Positions 38,148 to 47,839 of a stretch of 64,000 nucleotides of DNA are shown here, in pieces. Made by a program: the position numbers and the translations under genes. How positions within the stretch are numbered: the stretch's first letter is position 1; each line of letters begins with the position of its first letter. Under the pieces are notes generated by a model that worked only from the letters and a program-made list of their open reading frames with translations, was not told the origin of the DNA and did not search any database. Origin of the DNA: an uncultured Prevotellaceae bacterium (GTDB lineage Bacteria; Bacteroidota; Bacteroidia; Bacteroidales; Bacteroidaceae); NCBI GenBank assembly GCA_902794405.1, contig CADBHI010000024.1:5603-69602 (forward strand), given 5' to 3'.

Positions 38148-39146
38148 ATGGCGTCAATGGACAGTAGACAGAAGAAAAAACTGATGTGGCAGGTTCCGTT
38201 CCTGCTGTTGTTGGTGATAGGCACGGTGCTGATTATCCGTCAGCAGCGGTCTATGCCTTATCAGCATGAAGAGGGCTTTGTTTTTGGTACTGTCTATAGC
38301 GTTACTTATCAGTACGACCGCAGCTTGAAGGCAGAGATAGAGGCAGCACTTGCTGAGGTGGACGGTGAGTTCTCTATGTTCAACGAGAAGTCTACCGTAG
38401 CCCGTCATAATCGAGGTGAGCAGGTGCAGCAGAGTAAGATGTATAAGGAAGTGTATGACTTGGCTCAGGTTGTCACCCGTGAGACAGATGGTGCTTTTGA
38501 CATTACGGTTGCGCCGCTTGTCAATGCCTGGGGCTTCGGTTTCAAGAAAAAGGGTGGCGAAGAGGGGGCAGGGACACCCACACCCCAACAGGTGGACAGC
38601 CTGCTGAAGATTCGCAACCAATTCGACTTCTCTGCTATTGCCAAGGGTTACGGTTCCGACGTCGTTGCCCGCTTGCTGCGTAGCTTTGATATCCGCAACT
38701 TCATGGTCGAGATTGGCGGTGAGGTTGTTACCCAGGGTATCAGTCAGCGGCGCCTGCCGTGGAAGATAGGTGTCACCAAACCTTCCGACGATTCTCTCAG
38801 TACCAGCGGTGAGCTACAGACAGTACTTAACGTGACTGACATTGCGATGGCCACCAGTGGGAACTACCGTAACTTCTACTACAAGGGTGGCCAGAAGTTT
38901 GCCCATACCATCGACCCAAAGACGGGCTATCCCGTTCAGCACTCCCTGCTATCAGCTACGGTGTTGGCAAAGAGCTGTGCTACTGCCGATGCCTATGCCA
39001 CGTCGTTTATGGTCTTGGGCCTGGAAGGTGCTAAGAAGGTGTTAGATCGTCACCCTGAACTGATGGCCTATTTTATCTTTGCCCGTCCTGACGGCAGCTA
39101 CGATGTGTGGTTCTCACCGACATTGAAAGAAAAAATTGAAGACTGA
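38148..39146 (+). CDS. apbE: FAD:protein FMN transferase
   Basis: FDITVAPLV, SAIAKGY, EIGGE, ATSGNYR and ADAYAT. Confidence 0.92.
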   Translation: MASMDSRQKKKLMWQVPFLLLLVIGTVLIIRQQRSMPYQHEEGFVFGTVYSVTYQYDRSLKAEIEAALAEVDGEFSMFNEKSTVARHNRGEQVQQSKMYKEVYDLAQVVTRETDGAFDITVAPLVNAWGFGFKKKGGEEGAGTPTPQQVDSLLKIRNQFDFSAIAKGYGSDVVARLLRSFDIRNFMVEIGGEVVTQGISQRRLPWKIGVTKPSDDSLSTSGELQTVLNVTDIAMATSGNYRNFYYKGGQKFAHTIDPKTGYPVQHSLLSATVLAKSCATADAYATSFMVLGLEGAKKVLDRHPELMAYFIFARPDGSYDVWFSPTLKEKIED

Positions 39147-39149
39147 AAA

Positions 39150-39824
39150 ATGGCAACCCTCCAGCTATATGACCAACTGCTTCAGTTCCCGTTGTTTCAG
39201 GGAATGAGCCGTGACGATTTGGCACGGGTGGCTGGACATACGAAGTTCGGATTCTTGAAGTTTGCCAACGGACAGACCATCGTCAACGAGGACGATCCCT
39301 GTACGGGACTCTATTTCCTGCTTTCAGGACAGTTGAAGGCCGAGACTCGTTCTGATGACCATTCCTACCGTGTAGTGGAAGAGCTGCAGGCACCCTTCTT
39401 GGTGCAGCCTGAGGCCATATTCGGTTATAACCAGCGCTTCACCCATCGCTTTGAGTCGTTGTCAGAGTGTCGCTTCATCACCCTCAGCAAGGACGAGGTG
39501 ATGCGGTTGAGCGAGGAGTTCCTGGTGTTTCGTCTGAACCTGTTAGGACTTTATGCAACACTGACCCAGAAATTGTTGCGTCAGCCCTGGCGCCACCGTC
39601 CAGAGACGCTGGGTGCCCGTATCGTGCGTTTCCTGGGACAGCATTGCCTCTATCCGGCTGGTTCCAAGACCTTTTATATATTGATGACTCAGCTGGCTGA
39701 CGAGATTGGTGACAGTCGTCTGGATATTAGTCGTGCCCTGAACCAACTGCAAGATGAAGGACTGCTCCAACTGTATCGTGGACGCATAAAAGTGATGCAG
39801 ATGGAACGGCTGCTGATGATTTGA
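39150..39824 (+). CDS. Crp/Fnr family transcriptional regulator
   Basis: cNMP-binding-like N-terminus and C-terminal HTH (LADEIGDSRLDISRAL). Confidence 0.85.
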   Translation: MATLQLYDQLLQFPLFQGMSRDDLARVAGHTKFGFLKFANGQTIVNEDDPCTGLYFLLSGQLKAETRSDDHSYRVVEELQAPFLVQPEAIFGYNQRFTHRFESLSECRFITLSKDEVMRLSEEFLVFRLNLLGLYATLTQKLLRQPWRHRPETLGARIVRFLGQHCLYPAGSKTFYILMTQLADEIGDSRLDISRALNQLQDEGLLQLYRGRIKVMQMERLLMI

Positions 39825-39854
39825 ATATGACCCTCACAATGAATAGATGATATC

Positions 39855-40700
39855 ATGAATAGGTTATTATTTCTGGCGCTGGCATCGGTACTGCTGATGC
39901 TTTCATGTGGAGGAAAGAAAGAGACTGCCCCTGCTGAAGAGACACCTGTCGACACGATGCCACAGGCGATACAGGACACCGTGGCGGAAGATACGCTGGA
40001 GCAACTCATCGCCCAGACACCGATGCCACGGGCCGCTGACGAGCTCTTCGATGATTTCCTGTTCAATTTTTCTGCCAACCGGCAGTTGCAGATGGAGCGT
40101 GTCGCATTTCCATTGCCTGTCATCCGCAACGGCAAGACTACGTATACGTCGAAGAATGAGTGGCGCATGGAGCGTTTCTTTATGCGTCAGGACTTCTATA
40201 CCGTGCTCTTCGACAACGACCAACAGATGGAACTCGTGAAAGACACGTCGGTAAGTGAAGCTACGGTTGAGAAGATTTACTTCAATACGGGTGCTGTCAT
40301 GCAGTATCAGTTTAAACGTGTGAAAGGGGCATGGATGTTGTTGGAGATTAAGACGGAACCCATTGCCGCCAATCATAATGCATCGTTTCTGGAGTTCTAC
40401 CATCAGTTTGTCACCGACTCCATATTCCAGATAGAGAGTATCGGACATACGGTACGGTTTGTAGGTCCAGACCCTGACGATGACTTTGCCCGTATGGAGG
40501 GCATCCTGACACCTGACACTTGGCCAGCCTTTGCGCCGGAGCTTCCCGACAGGATGATTTACAATGTGGTGTATGGCAAGGCGACACGGGACTCAAAACA
40601 GAAAATCTTTGTGATGCGTGGTATTGCCAATGGCTTAGAGGTGGAGATGACTTTCCGCTGTGAGGATGAGCGTTGGCAACTGGTGAAACTAACGAATTGA
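39855..40700 (+). CDS. DUF4348-like lipoprotein
   Basis: Lipobox MLSC and a duplicated F..F..D..FQ..RV.FP module. Confidence 0.65.
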   Translation: MNRLLFLALASVLLMLSCGGKKETAPAEETPVDTMPQAIQDTVAEDTLEQLIAQTPMPRAADELFDDFLFNFSANRQLQMERVAFPLPVIRNGKTTYTSKNEWRMERFFMRQDFYTVLFDNDQQMELVKDTSVSEATVEKIYFNTGAVMQYQFKRVKGAWMLLEIKTEPIAANHNASFLEFYHQFVTDSIFQIESIGHTVRFVGPDPDDDFARMEGILTPDTWPAFAPELPDRMIYNVVYGKATRDSKQKIFVMRGIANGLEVEMTFRCEDERWQLVKLTN

Positions 40701-40702
40701 GG

Positions 40703-41704
40703 ATGAAAGACCTGTCGAACTATAGTCTGAAAGGACACAACACCTTTGGCATTGAAGCCCATTGCCGACGATTCTTGGAATATGAGTCGGTGGAGGAAGC
40801 TGTGGAGATTGCAAGGATATTGCGTCAGGAGAAGGCTCCTTATATAATAATAGGTGGCGGGAGTAACCTGCTACTGACGAAAGACTTCGAGGGAATCGTG
40901 GTTCACTCGGCTATGAAAGGTTGCGAATTCGAGGACTGCCTAATGGTTTGCGGCAGCGGCGAAACGTTTGATGATGTCGTGCAGCTGAGCTTAGAGAAAG
41001 GGCTTTATGGTATGGAGAACCTGTCGCTGATCCCAGGAGATGTAGGTGCCAGCGCCGTGCAGAATATTGGAGCCTATGGTGCTGAGGCTAAGGACGTTAT
41101 CGAATGTGTGGAGGCTGTCAGCATTACTACTGGCGAGGTTTGCACTTTCAGTGGCGAGGATTGTTGTTATGGGTATCGTGACAGCCGTTTTAAGCGGGAA
41201 TGGAAGAACCAGTATTTGATAACGCATGTGACCTATCGGCTGAGCCGTGAGTATAAGCCCAGGTTGGACTATGGCAATATCCGTGCGGAGTTAGAGCGAC
41301 AGGGCATTTCATTACCTGACGCCTTACAACTACGTCAGACCATTATCGATATCCGTAATGCCAAGCTTCCCGACCCAAAGTTGACAGGTAATGCTGGTAG
41401 CTTCTTTATGAATCCAGTCGTAGGTCGTGAGCAGTACGAACAGCTTGCCGCACTTTATCCCAATATGCCGCATTATACCATTGATGACGACCACGAGAAG
41501 ATTCCTGCTGGCTGGCTGATAGACCAATGCGGCTGGAAAGGCCGCTCGTTGGGACGCGCCGGCGTCCATCCGAAGCAAGCCTTGGTATTGGTCAACCTTG
41601 GTGGTGCTACAGGTCAAGAGATCGTCGACCTCTGTCATGCCATTCAGCAGGACGTCTACCAGAAGTTTGGCGTAGCAATATCCCCAGAGGTGAATATTGT
41701 GTGA
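40703..41704 (+). CDS. murB: UDP-N-acetylenolpyruvoylglucosamine reductase
   Basis: GGGSNLL, QNIGAYG, NAGSFFMNP and QALVLVN. Confidence 0.95.
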   Translation: MKDLSNYSLKGHNTFGIEAHCRRFLEYESVEEAVEIARILRQEKAPYIIIGGGSNLLLTKDFEGIVVHSAMKGCEFEDCLMVCGSGETFDDVVQLSLEKGLYGMENLSLIPGDVGASAVQNIGAYGAEAKDVIECVEAVSITTGEVCTFSGEDCCYGYRDSRFKREWKNQYLITHVTYRLSREYKPRLDYGNIRAELERQGISLPDALQLRQTIIDIRNAKLPDPKLTGNAGSFFMNPVVGREQYEQLAALYPNMPHYTIDDDHEKIPAGWLIDQCGWKGRSLGRAGVHPKQALVLVNLGGATGQEIVDLCHAIQQDVYQKFGVAISPEVNIV

Positions 41705-41767
41705 AGGGAAATCACTCTTTTTTCTCCTATTTTCTTGGAAGTTTCAATTATTCTTCCTATCTTTGCA

Positions 41768-42123
41768 ATGTCTAATTATTTACGTTAAAGCATATGGATA
41801 TATTAGAGCGTATGCCATGGATGGCACAGAATGCAGTATTCCAGCGCCTGTCGGAGATAGCCGACGTTGCATCTTTGAATAAGGAAGAGCGGATGAAATA
41901 CGATGCGAACATGAAAGCTTTCCGTGACACCATAGCTGTCATGGAGGGCCAGTATCTGGAAGGTCATGCCGAGGGACGTACTGAAGGTCGTGCTGAAGGT
42001 CGTGCTGAAGGTCGTGCTGAAGCAAACTGCGATAATGCCCGAAAGATGAAAGAAGACGGAATGCCTATTGAACTGATTGCCAAATACACAGGGTTGTCTG
42101 CTACAGAGATTGAAAGTTTATGA
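41768..42123 (+). pseudogene. Rpn / PD-(D/E)XK nuclease family remnant (C-terminal 109 aa in frame from 41794)
   Basis: TLKHMDILERMPW, EGR(A/T) repeats and IAKYTGLS..EIESL tail; nuclease domain absent; -7 box at 41758-41765. Confidence 0.75.
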
Positions 42124-42364
42124 TAGTTATTATACAATAGTAATCCTATAAAATATATACGACTATGACATAGCAACAGAACAGAATAGGGATGCATGGC
42201 TGCGCCAGGCGCGGCACTTCCCAAACGGGCGAGAATTTTAACACAATCAGTATTAACCAAAAGAAACTGAGCGTTGTAATCCCGTTCTTTGCTTAGCGCA
42301 AAGCGACCTTTGGGTCGAGCGCGTTACTTTCGATGGATAAATGAGCTTTTAGCTCTTGGCCTTT

Positions 42365-42513
42365 CATCTCGAATACCTGCAAATTTTCACAACAAGGACA
42401 AGATGCATAGAAGTTCACGTTTAGGCGTGAACTATGTTGTATATGTATGTTGTGATGGTCGCTTGCAGGTAACCAAAGATGGATACAAGTCGCGGATGGT
42501 TACACGCCTTTTT
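42365..42513 (+). ncRNA. Candidate structured cis-regulatory leader
   Basis: Nested stems tacctgcaa/ttgcaggta, tcacaaca/tgttgtga and agttcacg/cgtgaact, plus alternative pairings with the 3' tail. Confidence 0.5.
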
Positions 42514-42535
42514 CTATATACAACAATTTAAGAGA

Positions 42536-45500
42536 ATGAGACTGACGAAATATATATGCATATTCATTACACTTATAATAGGCTCTTTCATAAAAGCCAA
42601 AGCACAATACTCTTATGAAGCTCAATTTATGGCGGTAGGAGAAGAAAAAACTATAAAACTTCCTTTCTCGGTTACAAACAAGAACACTATTGGAGGGCAC
42701 TGGGTCAATGATTCTCCAAATTATGTTGATATAATAAAGAAGTCGGATTATTCTGTAACAATAAAAATACTTAAATACACATCAACAACATGCCTTGTAT
42801 ATTATGATTACTATTTGGCTGATAATATGAAGCGTGAGAACTATACAATTAGTATAGACATAAAAAAGCCTAAAAAATTAGTATTGTCTGCCAGTCCGTC
42901 TGGTGGTACCGTAGAAGTTGGTACTATTGTCAAACTGGATGTAACAGTAAATGGTAATCAAGTATCAGGGGTTAACATTTACTATACTCTAAATGGTACG
43001 ACACCTTCGAAGAATAGTTCTAAATATACTTCATCAGGAATTACTATAACGGAAGAATGTACACTGAAAGCTATAGCATATAAAGATGGAAATGAGACAA
43101 GTGATGTTTTATCATCAAGATATTATCTTAGCCAATCATCAGTGCCTGTATCGGGAATAAGCCTGGATAGTTCTTCTGAATCATTATATGTTGGTGGGAC
43201 AAAACAATTATCGGCAACTGTATATCCAACTAATGCAACAAATAAGAATGTAACCTGGTCTTCTAACGCAAATAATGTAGCTACCGTCAGCAACGGATTT
43301 GTAACGGCCGTGGGTGAGGGTAAGGCAACCATCACCTGTACGGCGAACGATGGTAGTGGCAAATGTGCAATGTGTGAAGTGACGGTTATGGAGGAGCCGT
43401 CTGCGGATGCAATAGAAATCAATGCCACAATTTTCCCTGATGCCAATTTCCGTGCATACTTACTCGCACAAGATTATGGAAAAGACGGGAAGTTGACGGA
43501 GAGTGAGATACAGAGGGTATCGATGATTGATGTAACAAGAAAAGGAGTCGGAAACTTGAAGGGTATTGGTTACTTTACAGCACTAACACAATTGTTATGT
43601 AGAGAAAATACACTATCTACTCTTGATGTATCAAATAATATAGCATTGGAAATTTTGGAATGTTCTGATAATCTGCTAGCCTACCTTGATGTATCGAAAA
43701 ATACAGAATTGAAAACTTTGTCTTGTTCTAATAATCATCTCACCTCCCTTGATGTAACGAAAAACACTAAGCTTGTCTCTTTATCATGTTCAGATAATCA
43801 ACTAACTTCCATTGACGTGTCTAAGAATACATTATTATCGAATTTGTATTGTAATAATAATCAATTGTCCTCACTTGATGTGTCTAAGAATACATTATTA
43901 TCGGGTTTGTATTGTACTAATAATCAATTGTCCTCACTTGATATATCCAGAAATAAGTCACTGATTTCTTTATGGTGCAATTGGAATAAAATAGTATTGC
44001 TTGACGTCTTGAAGAACATATATCTGATAGATTTGTGTTGTGGTAACAATCAACTGACCTCATTAGATGTTTCGAAGAATACAGCTCTAAAAGATTTGAG
44101 TTGTGGTAACAATCAACTGACCTCATTAGATGTTTCGAAGAACTCCAAACTTGCCTCTTTAGATTGTTCAACTAACCAATTATCCTCGCTAAACGTTTCT
44201 AATAATACAGCATTGGTTGATATAACATGTGCAAGAAACATAATTAAAGGGAGCTCTATGGACAAACTAATTAATAGCTTACCGACAATCAAATCAGGAA
44301 TAATAATGATTGTTAATGATGTAATTAGTTCTTTAGAGGGTAATGTCTGCACCAAGAAGCATGTGGCAATAGCCAAAGAAAAGGGATGGTTGCCAATGTA
44401 TTGGGAAAATGGAAGATGGGCAGAATACGAAGGTTCGGACGAGGCTACTGCCATCAACGACGTGAACGGAGACAATACCGTAGATGGTGCCGACCTCGTA
44501 GCATTGGTAAACATGATATTGGGGAAGACAGACAAGAAAACGGAAGCCGACGTGAATGGCGACGGAACAGTTGACGGTGCTGACTATGTGGCGTTGGTGA
44601 ACATTGTGTTAGGTAAGACCAGCAATGCCAGAAAGATGGCTGCAGCCAGTATGTCGAAACTACAGATAGAGCCTTTCGACATCAAGGCTGGTGAGACAAA
44701 GGAAATGTTGATAGACCTGAGCAATCCCAATGATGATGTGACTCTGGTGCAGTTTGACTTGCAACTGCCAGATGGGCTTGCCATTGCCAAGGAAGATGGT
44801 GAATATGCGATTGATATAGCAGGACGAACCACATGGAAGAAGCACTCGCTTGATGCCAATGCTACAGGTGGAATAGTCCGTTTCTTGCTGTCATCTAGTA
44901 AGAACAGCGTAATAGAAGGAAACAGTGGCAATATCATCAGCGTAAAGTTGACGGCCAGCAGCACTTTTAAAGGTGGAGATGTGAAGCTAAGGAACATCTT
45001 GTTAGTAACACCAGACGAAAAGAAAATTCAGCCAGATGACTGTACACTGACAATTAAACAGCAGGGAGACGGTGGCGGCGCTAACGTCGACACAGGAAAT
45101 GCTAAGCTGTCAATAGGAGACTTCAGCATCAATGCTGGTGAAACGAAGGAAATGCTAATCAATCTTACTAACCCCGATGACGAAATAACACTTGTACAAT
45201 TCGACTTGCGCCTGCCGAATGGGCTTTCAATTGCCACCTCAGGCGGTGACTACGACATTGATATAGTAGGACGTACCACATGGAAGAAACACTCTTTAGA
45301 TGTAAATGCCATTGACGGCATTGTCCGTTTCCTTCTTTCATCAAGCAAGAATAGTGTACTGGAAGGCAATAGCGGCAGCATCATCAGTATCAAGCTGAAA
45401 GCCTCAAGTACATTCAGCGGCGGTACCATAGCCCTTGAGAATATTCTTTTGGTAACGCCTGACGAGAAACAAATCAAGCCCCAGAAAGAGAGTATCTCCC

Positions 45501-46711
45501 TTGTTATTAACGACGAGCACGATGATAAGTCAGATTTTGCTGTTGCGCAGGTGTCGGCGGGAGGTTCACATTCTCTATTCCTTATGAAAAACGGTACAGT
45601 TTGGGCATGTGGTAATAATGTTTCAGGAGAATTAGGTGATGGATCCGCAGTCAATCAGGTTAAACCAATTCAGATTACTTCTGATGTAGTTTCTATTTCA
45701 GCAGGATCCAACTATTCACTTTTTTGTAAGAAAGACGGCTCAGTATGGGCTTGTGGTAATAACAGTTATGGGCAGTTTGGCTTAGGCAGCTATTATCATC
45801 AATGGAGTTTAAATCCAATAGAAGTTATGTCGGATGTCATTTCTATTTCAGCAGGTGATGGACATTCTCTTTTTTGCAAGAAGGATGGTACTGTATGGGC
45901 ATGTGGTTATAACAATGTTGGCCAATTAGGTATTGGCAGCAAAAATGAAAGTATTTGGAAACCTAATATGATTATGCCAGATGTTAAATATATATATGCA
46001 GGATATAGAAATTCTTTTTTTGTTAAAATAGACGATTCTTTATGGGCGTGTGGAGAAAACGCTTTTGGTACTTTAGGTGATGGAACTAATACAGATCGTT
46101 TATTGCCCGTACTAATTTCATCTGAAGTTGCTTCAGTAGCAGCAGGCTTGTTTCATTATATATTCGTAAAAAAAGATGGGTCTTTATGGGCTTGTGGAAG
46201 TGGTGCAAAAAAAATGGCGGGAAAAGAGATATCAACAGATGAACTAACTCCTATAAAAATAATGTCAGACGTCTCAACTATTGCTGCAGGACCTAATTTT
46301 TACCTAATAGTCAAAAAAGACGGTTCGCTTTGGGCGTGTGGCGATAATAACTTTGGAGAATTGGGCGATGGCACTGCAAAAAGTAGAGAAACCCCAGTAA
46401 TGATTATGTCTGACGTAATCTTTGTAACTGCTGGTAATCATCATTCAATTATAGTAAAGAAAGATGGTTCAATTTGGGTATGTGGTGACAATAGGTTTGG
46501 TCAGTTGGGCGATGGTACTACTAAATGGAAACTAACTCCTGTCATGATCTTCGATGGCAAGAACTGGGTGGGAGCCACTGCCGTAAACGATGTGGAGTCA
46601 CAGCCGGATATTACCGGCGGTGTCGCCGTCTACTCTCTCTCCGGCCAGCGGCTGGCTGCTCCGCAAAAGGGTGTGAACATCATCGGCGGGAAAAAGGTCG
46701 TGATGAAGTGA
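42536..46711 (+). CDS. Large modular secreted protein: chitobiase/FN3-associated, Ig-like (Big_2), LRR, dockerin, two cohesin-like domains, RCC1 propeller, T9SS-type tail
   Basis: IYYTLNGTTP; PTNATNKNVTWSS; LxCxNNQLTSLDVSKN repeats; DVNGD..DGAD x2 at 44459-44614; two ~130-aa repeats with VQFDL.LP.GL; KKDGSLWACG repeats; ends YSLSGQRL..KGVNIIGGKKVVMK. Confidence 0.85.
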   Translation: MRLTKYICIFITLIIGSFIKAKAQYSYEAQFMAVGEEKTIKLPFSVTNKNTIGGHWVNDSPNYVDIIKKSDYSVTIKILKYTSTTCLVYYDYYLADNMKRENYTISIDIKKPKKLVLSASPSGGTVEVGTIVKLDVTVNGNQVSGVNIYYTLNGTTPSKNSSKYTSSGITITEECTLKAIAYKDGNETSDVLSSRYYLSQSSVPVSGISLDSSSESLYVGGTKQLSATVYPTNATNKNVTWSSNANNVATVSNGFVTAVGEGKATITCTANDGSGKCAMCEVTVMEEPSADAIEINATIFPDANFRAYLLAQDYGKDGKLTESEIQRVSMIDVTRKGVGNLKGIGYFTALTQLLCRENTLSTLDVSNNIALEILECSDNLLAYLDVSKNTELKTLSCSNNHLTSLDVTKNTKLVSLSCSDNQLTSIDVSKNTLLSNLYCNNNQLSSLDVSKNTLLSGLYCTNNQLSSLDISRNKSLISLWCNWNKIVLLDVLKNIYLIDLCCGNNQLTSLDVSKNTALKDLSCGNNQLTSLDVSKNSKLASLDCSTNQLSSLNVSNNTALVDITCARNIIKGSSMDKLINSLPTIKSGIIMIVNDVISSLEGNVCTKKHVAIAKEKGWLPMYWENGRWAEYEGSDEATAINDVNGDNTVDGADLVALVNMILGKTDKKTEADVNGDGTVDGADYVALVNIVLGKTSNARKMAAASMSKLQIEPFDIKAGETKEMLIDLSNPNDDVTLVQFDLQLPDGLAIAKEDGEYAIDIAGRTTWKKHSLDANATGGIVRFLLSSSKNSVIEGNSGNIISVKLTASSTFKGGDVKLRNILLVTPDEKKIQPDDCTLTIKQQGDGGGANVDTGNAKLSIGDFSINAGETKEMLINLTNPDDEITLVQFDLRLPNGLSIATSGGDYDIDIVGRTTWKKHSLDVNAIDGIVRFLLSSSKNSVLEGNSGSIISIKLKASSTFSGGTIALENILLVTPDEKQIKPQKESISLVINDEHDDKSDFAVAQVSAGGSHSLFLMKNGTVWACGNNVSGELGDGSAVNQVKPIQITSDVVSISAGSNYSLFCKKDGSVWACGNNSYGQFGLGSYYHQWSLNPIEVMSDVISISAGDGHSLFCKKDGTVWACGYNNVGQLGIGSKNESIWKPNMIMPDVKYIYAGYRNSFFVKIDDSLWACGENAFGTLGDGTNTDRLLPVLISSEVASVAAGLFHYIFVKKDGSLWACGSGAKKMAGKEISTDELTPIKIMSDVSTIAAGPNFYLIVKKDGSLWACGDNNFGELGDGTAKSRETPVMIMSDVIFVTAGNHHSIIVKKDGSIWVCGDNRFGQLGDGTTKWKLTPVMIFDGKNWVGATAVNDVESQPDITGGVAVYSLSGQRLAAPQKGVNIIGGKKVVMK

Positions 46712-46717
46712 AAGAAA

Positions 46718-46759
46718 AACATTCGCCAGTCTGCCGTGACGGTAGGGCTGGCGATTGTT
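46718..46759. terminator. Hairpin terminator between convergent genes
   Basis: cgccagtctgcc-gtgac-ggtagggctggcg stem-loop. Confidence 0.65.
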
Positions 46760-46799
46760 ACGTTAATAAAAATGATGTAAGAACAGAGTTTTCCTGCCT

Positions 46800-47234
46800 T
46801 TAGGCACTTTGAAGTTCACGCCCAAAATGGTGGAAGGCCTCACGAATCTCCATTAGCCTGCTGGCGCTGGGCTTGGAGATGCCATAGATGTATCTTGCCA
46901 ACAGACTTTTGTTGATGTTCAAATATCGGGCCACTTCCGATACATTTAGCCAAGGAAAACGATTGAACATGGCTGCCACCTCGTTCTCCGTGTTGGGTTC
47001 CGAGGTCTCGTAGAAACTCGAGATATGCATGTCAACATCTATCGACTCCCATCTGATGGCCATACCCTCGTCTTCTAATCTATAGTCGCTACGTTGCTCT
47101 GCAGTTGCTTCTTCCAACTCAGGATAGGCCTCTAATGGTCTGCTTAGCGTCCTGCCCTCAGTTGTCTTCATATAGATTCTGTTGCCTTCAAACCACAAAT
47201 TCTTAATTGTTTCCATATCTTCCTTTTTTATCAT
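46800..47234 (-). CDS. DUF2442-domain protein with C-terminal HTH (putative antitoxin)
   Basis: YPELEEAT..R..Y...IRWESIDVD and LNVSEVARYLNINKSLL. Confidence 0.75.
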   Translation of the reverse strand: MIKKEDMETIKNLWFEGNRIYMKTTEGRTLSRPLEAYPELEEATAEQRSDYRLEDEGMAIRWESIDVDMHISSFYETSEPNTENEVAAMFNRFPWLNVSEVARYLNINKSLLARYIYGISKPSASRLMEIREAFHHFGRELQSA

Positions 47235-47238
47235 TTAA

Positions 47239-47472
47239 TTAGCCAAACCTCTTATGCCATTCGTTGATAAACTCTTCTTTGTAAATCTTACATGTATCTA
47301 AAGCCTTCTTCATCTCCTGATCTTTCAATCCATGATTGTACACAATACGTATTTGGGGAGTCAATTCTATCTTGGCAAGTTTCCCGTTGTAATTCACGTG
47401 TACATGAATTGGTTCATGCTCATCCATGAAGAAAAAGAATCTTAATCCAAATATGGTTAATAACGTAGGCAT
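47239..47472 (-). CDS. DUF4160-domain protein (putative toxin)
   Basis: MPT..IFGLRFFF..EHEPIHVHV. Confidence 0.85.
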   Translation of the reverse strand: MPTLLTIFGLRFFFFMDEHEPIHVHVNYNGKLAKIELTPQIRIVYNHGLKDQEMKKALDTCKIYKEEFINEWHKRFG

Positions 47473-47839
47473 TTTCTTTCTTTATCAATTTGCTTGCAAA
47501 TATAGGTATAAATTTTTACACCCCCAAGCTTTTCTGCATTTTTTTTGAAAACTTTGTATTTTAAACGTCGTGTGGACTACTGATGCTATCATTTCAGACA
47601 GTCCTGCCCGACACCTTGGAACTCTTAAGGACATTGACGATGCAACCTCTTCTTTAAACCAATGCCATTGATGTTCCAGCCAGTTGAATGGTCTGTCATC
47701 AAGGATGAAATAAGACATTAGGTAGAAATATGCTTATCTGTCATGTTCAGCAATATCTGGGAGCGCGGGCGAGGTTTTCCGCGCTTCCAGTCAAAAGTTG
47801 TAATAACCGTTAGTTGTATAGATGGATTTTTTTTGAAAA

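Noticed and set aside
38540-38640. Deletion in apbE (short segment between WGFG and SAIAKG)
   Set aside because: The frame and all catalytic motifs are intact; more likely a lineage-specific short form.
41970-42021. 12-nt tandem repeat gaaggtcgtgct
   Set aside because: Encodes the EGRA repeats normal for Rpn-family C-termini.
43560-44230. 63-nt periodic repeats
   Set aside because: Ordinary 21-aa leucine-rich repeats of the large protein.
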